Assembly: GCA_040752695.1 (NCBI GenBank)
Contig: JBFMGO010000101.1
Location: 1-22,636 of the forward strand
Reading direction: 5' to 3'
Source of the DNA: a bacterium
Lineage (GTDB): Bacteria; SZUA-182; DTGQ01
DNA length: 22,636 bases
Shown: positions 14,632-22,636 of the stretch, in pieces
Layout of the letters: each line of letters begins with the position of its first letter
Position numbering within the stretch: the first letter of the stretch is position 1
Notes under the pieces: model-generated
What the model was told of the DNA's origin: nothing
Databases searched by the model: none
The model's input: the letters and a program-made list of their open reading frames with translations, nothing else
Position numbers and translations under genes: made by a program

Positions 14632-17600
14632 CTACTGCTCGCGGATGAGTTGCAGCAGTTCGTCTGCGGACATTTTGCCGGTCATGTCGCTGCCGTCGAG
14701 AAGGTTTGATGCCAGGTCGCGCTTATCCCGGTGCAGGGCTACGATTTTTTCCTCAATGGTGTGTCTGGTAACCATCCGGTAGATGGTCACGGGCCGCTGC
14801 TGGCCGATTCTGTGTGCACGGTCGGAGGCCTGGTCTTCCACAGCCGGGTTCCACCAGGGGTCCATGTGGATAACGTAATCTGCTGCGGTCAGATTCAATC
14901 CGAATCCTCCGGCCCGCAGGCTGATCAGGAAAAGGTCGCCCTTACCTGCCTGAAAGGAGTCAACCCGCTGTTTTCGCTCTCTGGCTGGAGTGCTGCCATC
15001 GAGGTATTGGTAGGTAATCCCCTTGGCATCCAAAAATTCCCGGATAATGGACAGATGATCGACAAACTGGCTGAACACCAGGGCCTTGTGCCTGTTCTCC
15101 AGGAGTTCGCCCACTACTTCCGCCAAAAGGGTCAATTTGGAGCTTTCCAGGCTGATTTTGGCGTTGACCAGGCGGGTGTTGCAGCAGGCCCGGCGCAATT
15201 TCATAATTTCGGCCAGAATCTGCAGGTGCCTCTGTCCGGCCTGACCGCCGGGCGAATCCTGAAGCCGCTGCAGGGCCTCCTGCCGCAGGGCTTCGTAGAA
15301 GGCGGTCTCCTCGTCGCTCATTTCAACATGCAGGGTGATTTCCGTGCGCGAGGGCAGATCTTCCAGCACCTGGCTTTTCGTTCTGCGCAGGATGAAGGGC
15401 TGAATGAGCTTCTTTAATCTTTTTCTGGCTTCCCTGTCCTGAAATTTTTCGATAGGAAGGGCGAACTTCTGGTTGAATTTTTCCAAAGACCCCAGTAATC
15501 CCGGATTGATGAAGTGGAAGAGGTTCCACAATTCACCAAGGTGGTTTTCAATGGGCGTGCCAGTGGTGATCAGCTTAAAGTCGGCCTGAAGAGCCATGGC
15601 GGATTGAGACCTTTTGGTGGTCATGTTCTTGATGGCCTGGGCCTCGTCAAGAACGATCGTCTGCCATTGGACCTCGGAAAGGATTTGCGACTCCATCTGA
15701 AGCAGGGCATAGCTGGTGACCAGAGCATCGAAGGGGCCCAGGTCATTGATTTGTTTTTTCCGGTCCTTTCCCGAAAACTGGACGATTTTCAGGGTTGGGG
15801 CAAAGCGAAGCGCCTCGTCCACCCAGTTCATGCATACGGAAGTGGGAGCAACGATCAGGGTCGGACCCTTATCAGCCCGCTCCAGAATCAGGGCCAGGGC
15901 CTGGACGGTCTTGCCAAGGCCCATATCGTCGGCCAGACAGGCACCGACGCCCCATCTGGATAACTGGACCAGCCATTGGAAGCCCTCCACCTGATAATCG
16001 CGCAACTGGACCTGCAGGGTCGAGGGAAGCGTAATCTTCAGGCCTTGAGATTGATCGATTCGCTTTAAGTGATCCTGCCAGGCATCATCTGCTTCCACAA
16101 AACCTGCGCTGTCAGTAAAATCCCGTATGGCGAAAGAGGCCAGGGGGTGGAACCTGACACCCCTGGCTGTCGTTTCGGTAAAAGCCCGAAACTCATCCAG
16201 CCGCTTTCGGAACTCATTGGTCAGGGCCAGGAACTGCCCCTCTCCCAGGGGGATAAAACGGCCGGGCGATGAATCTAACAGTTCAAGGAGCTTTCGCATA
16301 TCGAGCACCTTGGAATCATCCAGTTGCACCTCTCCTGTTGCGCTGAACCAGTCCTTTTCCTTGTGTATCTTAAGCTTCATCTGGTCAAAGGAGATCTGCC
16401 GGCTGACTATCTTCATCCTTTCCCCTTCGGGCCATTCGACCTGAATGCCTTCAATCCCCTGCAGATCAAGCAGGGTTTGCAGGCAATCCTCCATTCCCCC
16501 TATGGACCATTCGAAACTGTCATCGTCCAGCCCTGCGAGGGTCGGGCAGGCAGCTATCACCTCTTTGGCCTTTTCCCTCTCTTCCTGAAGGTTTCGGGTG
16601 GTTTGAAACCGCTTGCCATCTATCTCGGCGATAATATTCTTTCCTCCGTGGCCGGGTTTGAGATAAGGGCCTCCCCTGGAAAGAGGTTTGACCAGCATTT
16701 CCAGCCTGAAACCGGAGCCTGAAGGGAGTAAATGGATGTAGATTTGGGGATTCGCCGCGAGCTCTTCGACATCCTCTACACTGCCCTCGACCGAAGACTG
16801 CACCATAACCAGGGAAGAGAGAGCGGCCACGGCACTCAGGACACTCTCTTTGGCCTCAGCCGGCACCTTCAGGCCGCTCCGCCCGAGGATTTTGGCTATG
16901 GCCTGATGCTGCTGGGTAACCTCGATGACTTTATATTTGGCCAGTCCCTCCTTGATGACCAGCAAGGCGGTGGCGTCGGTAATGTCTTGAGAAAGCCTGA
17001 TATTAAATTGATTTTCCTGGCGCTCGACGAGCAGTTCCAGGTTACCGGCCAAAAGCTCCACCCTGGTGTCAGGACTATCCGCAAGGTATAGGAGAGGATG
17101 GCCGATCATGGCCACCAGAGTTTTTGGCCAGTCGAAGGAATAGGTCGTTTCCCAATAGTCGCGGCTGGCCGTGAGCGTTGCACATATTTTCTGATCCTGA
17201 GCAGTCAAAAAATCCAGATTCTTCCGCGCATGGAGCCTGCTGAGGGCAACGGAACGGCCCTTTGACCATCGCCCGTTCTTGGTGAGCTTTTGCTCTATAG
17301 GCTGAAAGGTGCAGTAGTGACCACGAAAACCAACCAGCCAGACAAGCCGCGATTTGCTGACTGCCTTTCCCCTGCCTTGCGGAGTCCCCTCTGCCAGGCA
17401 GGTCAGGGCCTTGAGAGACCTCTCCCATTCAGCCTCATAGCGGATAATGCCCAAAATGGACTCCATGCCGGTCTTGTCCTTTATTTCATCAGCCCGCTTT
17501 CGATATGCCGGATCATCGGGAAACAGAGCATCGAGGAGGCTGGCGGATTCCAGCGAAAACCACAGGTAGCCATTTTCCTCAGCTCTTTTAAATATCAGCT

Positions 17601-18789
17601 TTAGCAGGGTCATCTGGTCGGTATCGAGCTTTTTGTTTGCCCAGTAAGAGGCGAAAAGGGAAAACAGAAGGGAAAAGTAATCATCCGGTCTTGCATTCCT
17701 GAGCAGGGAGAACACGATCCTGGCCTCCTCGTCCTGGCCCTGCTGCGAGAGCAGGGCGGCTTTGAGTGCCCAATATGCGCCCAGATACTCATTATTGTAC
17801 TGCTTCTCTTCTACAATATGGATATAGTCCAGGGTTTCTCTCATAGAGGCAGGCCGTCCGGTTTTCATCAGGCCTAAAATAAAAAATATCCCCCCTATGT
17901 GCGTGAAGTAGAGTTTCTTTTGCCGTGCATCTTTCCGGTAGAGCTTCAGAGCCTCCTGGAAGCGGTTGATCGCCTGATCGTTCTTTCCCGATAAAAAATC
18001 ACACCACCCCTGGATAAGATCGGTATAAACGATTCCTTTATCGGGTTTGATTATTTCCAGGGCTTCGTCAATCCGGCCTCGAAAAACCAGGATTGAAGCC
18101 AGAGCATCCCGAAGGTAAGCTCCTGCCTCCTCACGGGGAAGATCGCGGTATTCGTTCAATGTCTCGCATATTTTCCCAGGAGGCGCTAAATCCCTCAAGG
18201 TCTGATCAGCTATCTCGTCAAGAGCCGTTACCCTTAAGGTCGCAGGAAGCTGGCCAATCCAGTCGGGCCGAAAAGGATTATTGCAGATCATGGCAAAAAT
18301 TTTTTTGCGGGCAAAGGATTGCGGATATTGAGTATACCCAAGATTGAGGAACTTTTTAACATGGTCCAGGTTATGGAGGTATATTCCTATCCGTATTTCC
18401 CGGATACATCGGACAGCGCTGTTTGCGCTGCTCCAGGCCATGGCCGGGATTTCGGCCTGAATCACCTGCGCCATCTCCTGAAACCGGCCGCTTTCTACAG
18501 CGAGCCTGCTCGCTTCTTCCACAAAAACCTCATTGCAGGCCAGATCTCTCACCAGGCCCTTTTCCATGAGCACGCTCAGCACTGCCTTCACTGCCTCCCC
18601 AGTCAGAGCCTTCCCCTCAGATGTCTTGACTCCGGCCCTGCGCAGGCAGTTCAAAAGCGTTGTCTGAGTGCACGGTTCATAGATGATCGACAGCATCTGG
18701 AGGGTTGTCTGCTCAAAGGGATTGAGCCGGGCATATTCTTCTGATAATTTTTTGAATAAATTTGTTGTATCATTGGACATAATAGGCAT
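14632..18789 (-). CDS. SNF2/SWI2-family (SF2) ATPase with long helical/TPR-like N-terminus
   Basis: LRDYQ, LADDMGLGKT, APTS, DEAQ, TGTPIEN, LRRTK, FSQF, YLDGST, SLRAGGFGLNLT, DPWWNPAVEDQASDRAHRIGQ. Start could be 18780. Confidence 0.93.
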   Translation of the reverse strand: MPIMSNDTTNLFKKLSEEYARLNPFEQTTLQMLSIIYEPCTQTTLLNCLRRAGVKTSEGKALTGEAVKAVLSVLMEKGLVRDLACNEVFVEEASRLAVESGRFQEMAQVIQAEIPAMAWSSANSAVRCIREIRIGIYLHNLDHVKKFLNLGYTQYPQSFARKKIFAMICNNPFRPDWIGQLPATLRVTALDEIADQTLRDLAPPGKICETLNEYRDLPREEAGAYLRDALASILVFRGRIDEALEIIKPDKGIVYTDLIQGWCDFLSGKNDQAINRFQEALKLYRKDARQKKLYFTHIGGIFFILGLMKTGRPASMRETLDYIHIVEEKQYNNEYLGAYWALKAALLSQQGQDEEARIVFSLLRNARPDDYFSLLFSLFASYWANKKLDTDQMTLLKLIFKRAEENGYLWFSLESASLLDALFPDDPAYRKRADEIKDKTGMESILGIIRYEAEWERSLKALTCLAEGTPQGRGKAVSKSRLVWLVGFRGHYCTFQPIEQKLTKNGRWSKGRSVALSRLHARKNLDFLTAQDQKICATLTASRDYWETTYSFDWPKTLVAMIGHPLLYLADSPDTRVELLAGNLELLVERQENQFNIRLSQDITDATALLVIKEGLAKYKVIEVTQQHQAIAKILGRSGLKVPAEAKESVLSAVAALSSLVMVQSSVEGSVEDVEELAANPQIYIHLLPSGSGFRLEMLVKPLSRGGPYLKPGHGGKNIIAEIDGKRFQTTRNLQEEREKAKEVIAACPTLAGLDDDSFEWSIGGMEDCLQTLLDLQGIEGIQVEWPEGERMKIVSRQISFDQMKLKIHKEKDWFSATGEVQLDDSKVLDMRKLLELLDSSPGRFIPLGEGQFLALTNEFRKRLDEFRAFTETTARGVRFHPLASFAIRDFTDSAGFVEADDAWQDHLKRIDQSQGLKITLPSTLQVQLRDYQVEGFQWLVQLSRWGVGACLADDMGLGKTVQALALILERADKGPTLIVAPTSVCMNWVDEALRFAPTLKIVQFSGKDRKKQINDLGPFDALVTSYALLQMESQILSEVQWQTIVLDEAQAIKNMTTKRSQSAMALQADFKLITTGTPIENHLGELWNLFHFINPGLLGSLEKFNQKFALPIEKFQDREARKRLKKLIQPFILRRTKSQVLEDLPSRTEITLHVEMSDEETAFYEALRQEALQRLQDSPGGQAGQRHLQILAEIMKLRRACCNTRLVNAKISLESSKLTLLAEVVGELLENRHKALVFSQFVDHLSIIREFLDAKGITYQYLDGSTPARERKQRVDSFQAGKGDLFLISLRAGGFGLNLTAADYVIHMDPWWNPAVEDQASDRAHRIGQQRPVTIYRMVTRHTIEEKIVALHRDKRDLASNLLDGSDMTGKMSADELLQLIREQ

Positions 18790-19148
18790 AATGTATAACG
18801 ATACCCTTTACCTTGTTTGTTTTCACCCTGTCGTATTGATACTTGGATTTTATAGTCTATACTCTGATCCTTATCGTGACTCATACATCTACTATATCAC
18901 AGATACATAGTATACAGTTTTAAAGAAAAGATTGAAAGTGTTTTAGCCGTGATTACGCACCACCAAAATATAATTTGACATTTCTCCATTCCTGAAATTT
19001 CTTCCAGGCCCGCATGGCATCTTCCGGGCAAGCAAAGGCACGGTGGCACAGTTTGGCAAAAGCCTTTAACATTCCGACCATTTTTTATCTATGGTACAGT
19101 GGAAGAGCTCACCGCTACACCATCGATGATTTCCACCGCTGGAAATGA

Positions 19149-19784
19149 TCAGAAGACGATATCATCGAAAATGACCGGAATTCGACTCTTGAATTCATTA
19201 AGGAGGGAACAGGCTACCTCAAGCATCTGGGGGTGACTGGCAGGCGAAGTTCTCAACTTGAAGAAATGCCTCCATTCACGGAGGTTCATGGTTATAACAA
19301 TCTCGGTCTTGAGCGAACTGGGAAGCACGCTTCTGGCTTCCTGGGGCGTGGCGCCTAATGCAAGGAGTTTCAGATAGGCTTTTTCAGCCTCTTCCATAGC
19401 CTTTTCCCAGATTTCGTATTTTTGTTTATCCTCAATGCTCTCACCCTTCCAGAAGCAGGGGTCAATGACCGTTATTTCATTGCCAAACTTGTCCTTGCCA
19501 TAATTACAGTAACGCGTGCTTTCCTGACTGTAACTGGCTATTCTATGTCTGACTATTTCGTGGCTCACACCCCGGTCGCAAATGATCCTGACCGTAACTT
19601 TTTCATGCTCCAATACCGTTTCATGGCCATGCTCTATGAGAAACTTTACAAATCCCTGAGCAGAATCAGTCGTGATCCTGTTTTCGCTCTTATAACAAGT
19701 CCGCCCAGCTTTTTCAATTTTTTTTAACATTTCTTCACCACTTATTGTATCTTCAATAATTACTTGCGGCGATACCCTGCGCAT
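19149..19784 (-). CDS. thyX: Flavin-dependent thymidylate synthase ThyX
   Basis: AGRTCYKS, GHETVLEH, ThyX motif RHRIASYSQESTRY, ARSVLP, NLREWRHF..LR. Start ATG 19784 (or 19790) after aggaaggga. Confidence 0.95.
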   Translation of the reverse strand: MRRVSPQVIIEDTISGEEMLKKIEKAGRTCYKSENRITTDSAQGFVKFLIEHGHETVLEHEKVTVRIICDRGVSHEIVRHRIASYSQESTRYCNYGKDKFGNEITVIDPCFWKGESIEDKQKYEIWEKAMEEAEKAYLKLLALGATPQEARSVLPSSLKTEIVITMNLREWRHFFKLRTSPASHPQMLEVACSLLNEFKSRIPVIFDDIVF

Positions 19785-20055
19785 ATGCATATCCCTTCCT
19801 GAGAGTTTATCCCCAAACTCCTGCTGTTCAAGACCCCAGGTACATGGCGCGCTCAATACACGACCGGACAGAAGGAGCAAGTAACAGGTACAAAATGATC
19901 ATGAATCGGTATTCATGAAACTGGTCGGGTAATTCCCGCGCCGTGTACTAAGCTTGCAATCTGCACGCTATACTATCTCTTGTGGTCACGTCAGTCAAGT
20001 ATAGACACTCCGGATAACTTTACGAGGAGCTTGTCTGGGGGATGTACCTTTTGAA

Positions 20056-20118
20056 TTCTTGGAATACGGCATACGATTTTTGGAACATAGTATGTGATTT
20101 TTTGAGCATAGCATGCGA
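20056..20118. repeat. Three degenerate 21-bp direct repeats in the divergent thyX/LRR intergenic region
   Basis: ttcttggaatacggcatacga / tttttggaacatagtatgtga / ttttttgagcatagcatgcga. Confidence 0.7.
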
Positions 20119-20446
20119 TAAGTTACTGCATCTTTGATCACAATATCTGGCGGTTAAAATTTTGAATATTCCTCTTTCCGGATAGCCTCCGGGCGACACA
20201 CCCGTCAGGTGGATATCCTGGCAGGATAGTATCGTTAGAATATTATAGCAGGATTGAACCTTCCTTTGAATCACCAAATGTACAGATAATTTACTTAAAG
20301 GCTCTGCTAAAAAATTAATTTATGCCGATATTTTGAGATGAAAGAGGACATACCTTAAAAGTTTGGTATATTAAGGTAACCTTACCAAAAATACATGCTA
20401 AATTATAAGTAACTGAAGGTTATAGGAGAAAAGAAAGGAGAAAGTC

Positions 20447-21838
20447 ATGAAAAAGATACCCATGTTGGCTCTCATTCTGGTTTTTGGATTCATAGCAGCA
20501 TTTGTATCAGTGGTCTGTAGGCCTGTCGAGACAAGAGCGGATGGTATCATTATCTTCGCTGACCAACATTTGGAAGGAGCAGTTCGTGATGCTCTTGGGG
20601 TAGGTGAAACAGAACCGATAACTGAGGGAATGGCTCTTACCCTTACCTCTTTGGATGCTTCTTCACGCGGGATTGAACAGGTTGATGGCCTGGAGTATTG
20701 TACTAATCTGACCGAGTTAAACCTTGCGAACAACAGCATCACCAGTGTTGGTCCTTTATCCGGTCTTCCCAGCCTCAGCAAGCTGAGTCTTTTTAATAAC
20801 TTCATAACCGATATCAACCCGATCGGGAATATATCCGGGCTAAAATGGCTGAACCTTGGAAACAACCTCATCAGTAATATCGGTGGCCTGAGCAACCTTC
20901 CCAATCTGCAGTGGTTGAATCTTGGGAATAACTTTATCAGTGATATCAATCTCTTAGGTAGGCTTAGCAATCTAAGGTGGCTGACCCTTGGAGACAACCC
21001 CATCCTTAACATCCCTTCCATGTTTCAACTGAAAAACTTGAAGTGGCTTGGTATCTGGGGCGGCCTCCTGGAAGCTGTTCAAACCTTAGCAAACGATCCC
21101 AATGCACCCTGGTTGTATGGTTTTGACGGTACCTGGTTAGAGCAGATCTTAAGCATAACCGTTAATGGTGATTCATGGATGGAAATCTGGAATGATTTTA
21201 CCGATAACTACGCTGAAATGCCCCGCTTGAGCGATTTGCCGTTTCAAGCCTATTGGAATGGAGGCAATTACACAGAGAATATCGAAATCCTGAATGAATT
21301 CTGGCAGGAGAGGATAGACCTCCTTAACCAAACCCTGGAAGATATCAGCGCCATGGCTGAAGAAGCCAATGTACCCTGGGCGGATTATCAGGCAGAATTA
21401 TGGAATACTATCCTCGATGAATTGAACTCCTTTATCCCCTCAGAAGCTCTGCCATCCTGGTTCAATTACAATGGCGATATTCCTGCCTGGTGGACGGACT
21501 ACAATGGGACTCTCCCGGTGCCCTGGGCCTATGGGTTCCTGTCCTTGTGGGGTGCCTATAATAATGGCGGCCTGCCGGTGCCCTGGAGCAGTGGGAACCT
21601 GCCCTGGTCGAATTTCTACAATAATGGTAATCTGCCAGTACCATGGGCCTATGGGACCCTGCCCTGGAGCAATGCACTGCCCTTTTGGAATTTCTATCAA
21701 CCGGCAGGAGGCAATTTAATGCAAAACTTTTTATCCTACATCCAGGGACTGTCCAACAGCGGTATCGGCACACGGATGACCTTCCCGATAAGTTATCAGC
21801 CGGGTGTACTATTCCGCAGAGTCCTGGGAGGAAGATGA
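20447..21838 (+). CDS. Secreted leucine-rich-repeat protein (internalin-like cap, 22-aa LRRs) with Trp/Pro/Gly/Asn-rich repeat C-terminus
   Basis: MKK + hydrophobic signal peptide; cap IIFADQHLEGAVRDALG; LRRs such as LKWLNLGNNLISNIGGLSNLPN; C-terminal NG.LPVPW repeats; SD aaaggag. Confidence 0.88.
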   Translation: MKKIPMLALILVFGFIAAFVSVVCRPVETRADGIIIFADQHLEGAVRDALGVGETEPITEGMALTLTSLDASSRGIEQVDGLEYCTNLTELNLANNSITSVGPLSGLPSLSKLSLFNNFITDINPIGNISGLKWLNLGNNLISNIGGLSNLPNLQWLNLGNNFISDINLLGRLSNLRWLTLGDNPILNIPSMFQLKNLKWLGIWGGLLEAVQTLANDPNAPWLYGFDGTWLEQILSITVNGDSWMEIWNDFTDNYAEMPRLSDLPFQAYWNGGNYTENIEILNEFWQERIDLLNQTLEDISAMAEEANVPWADYQAELWNTILDELNSFIPSEALPSWFNYNGDIPAWWTDYNGTLPVPWAYGFLSLWGAYNNGGLPVPWSSGNLPWSNFYNNGNLPVPWAYGTLPWSNALPFWNFYQPAGGNLMQNFLSYIQGLSNSGIGTRMTFPISYQPGVLFRRVLGGR

Positions 21839-21929
21839 GGTGAATCCAAACGAGCCGCCCCTCATAACCGGTTAGACCGAGGAGATAAGAGAGGAGCGGG
21901 AAACAAGAACAGGAATAATAACATTACTA

Positions 21930-21969
21930 TCACTATGTTACAATATTATGTCACTATATTACAATGTTA
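21930..21969. repeat. Near-identical 19-bp duplication
   Basis: tcactatgttacaatatta (21930-21948) and tcactatattacaatgtta (21951-21969). Confidence 0.7.
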
Positions 21970-22097
21970 CTCAACTTTTACCATTATGCGCATGAGATCT
22001 TACTTGAAAGCCCTTCCTGAAGGAGATCTTATCGCTAAGGAAGAGTTTTTGTCACGGTTCTCCGCACAGGAGGCAGAAACCTGAGACGTTGAGAGTC

Positions 22098-22141
22098 AAG
22101 GCGGGAAGGCAAGACATTCTTGCCCCGCCTTATCTCTTTTT
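22098..22141 (+). terminator. Probable terminator hairpin between convergent genes
   Basis: aaggcgg-gaa-ggcaaga-cat-tcttgcc-ccgcctt followed by atctcttttt. Confidence 0.55.
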
Positions 22142-22197
22142 CCTCACTTATCTCACTATGATGAAGAAAGAGTAGTGAATTGATCACTGTGGTGTAT

Positions 22198-22636
22198 TCA
22201 CTTTTGCTGAATAATTTCGTCCATGGTTATTTCCGGGTGCCGGTATCTTTTACGACCCTGTGTCCGCTTGCCCATCTCGATAGCTTCCTCAGGGCACCAA
22301 TGCAGACAGGCCAGGCATTGCTCACAATGATGCCGCCATTTCGGCCTGGTTCCTTCCATTTCGATATTGTCAACAGGACAAACTCTGGCACAGACTCCGC
22401 AGCCATTACATTTTTCACTTACCCGGAAATCGCTATCCATTTGGGAAAATCTGGATATACTGTTTTGATAAATAAAACTCGAAAATATCACATTGGTCAA
22501 GAAGAAACCGGATTCGATCCTTGCCGTCCTGCCTTCCCTGACTATTTCGGCTATCCGATTCAGCTTGATTTCCGCCTTCGAGAATAGTTCCTTCTGCTTC
22601 TTTTCAGCGGGGGCTCCATACAATGGGGTGTAATTT
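22198..22636 (-). CDS. EFR1-family flavodoxin/ferredoxin protein, C-terminal part (5' truncated by window edge)
   Basis: Frame is open to the window end (NYTPLYGAP..); two 4Fe-4S motifs CNGCGVCARVCP and CEQCLACLHWCP; C-terminal RYRHP. Confidence 0.85.
   Translation of the reverse strand, partial: NYTPLYGAPAEKKQKELFSKAEIKLNRIAEIVREGRTARIESGFFLTNVIFSSFIYQNSISRFSQMDSDFRVSEKCNGCGVCARVCPVDNIEMEGTRPKWRHHCEQCLACLHWCPEEAIEMGKRTQGRKRYRHPEITMDEIIQQK

Noticed and set aside
14423..14782. Leu/Pro/Ser-rich + strand ORFs
   Set aside because: By-product of a pyrimidine-rich intergenic tract and antisense overlap with the SNF2 3' end.
19043..19057. TGGCACAGTTTGGCA as a sigma54 promoter
   Set aside because: GG-to-GC spacing is off by one, and it points into the 3' end of thyX with no downstream + strand gene.
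20398..21021. 207-aa antisense ORF with repeats, and other long antisense ORFs in the track
   Set aside because: Shadow frames of well-supported genes; the periodicity mirrors the LRRs.

Overview
Bacterial (likely anaerobe) chromosomal window. The left ~10 kb is a co-oriented alpha-glucan cluster headed by an apparently complete homolog of plant/algal alpha-glucan, water dikinase (GWD1/R1-type: CBM45-like module, GWD central domain, phosphohistidine motif, C-terminal nucleotide-binding domain). It is followed by a cytoplasmic GH13 enzyme, a ferritin-like protein, a GH133-type glycogen debranching enzyme and a Zn-dependent alcohol/formaldehyde dehydrogenase. This suggests a prokaryotic starch-like 'phosphorylate then degrade' system and is the main finding. 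The right part holds an orphan MvhG-like hydrogenase small subunit, a small protein behind a sigma54-like promoter, a solo Csx10-like RAMP gene with no array or other cas genes, an MNT-HEPN toxin-antitoxin pair, a large SNF2 ATPase, thyX, a secreted LRR protein with Trp/Pro-rich repeats and a truncated EFR1-type ferredoxin. Short degenerate tandem duplications are pervasive, both between genes and as in-frame low-complexity inserts. All family assignments come from motif recognition by eye; no searches were run.
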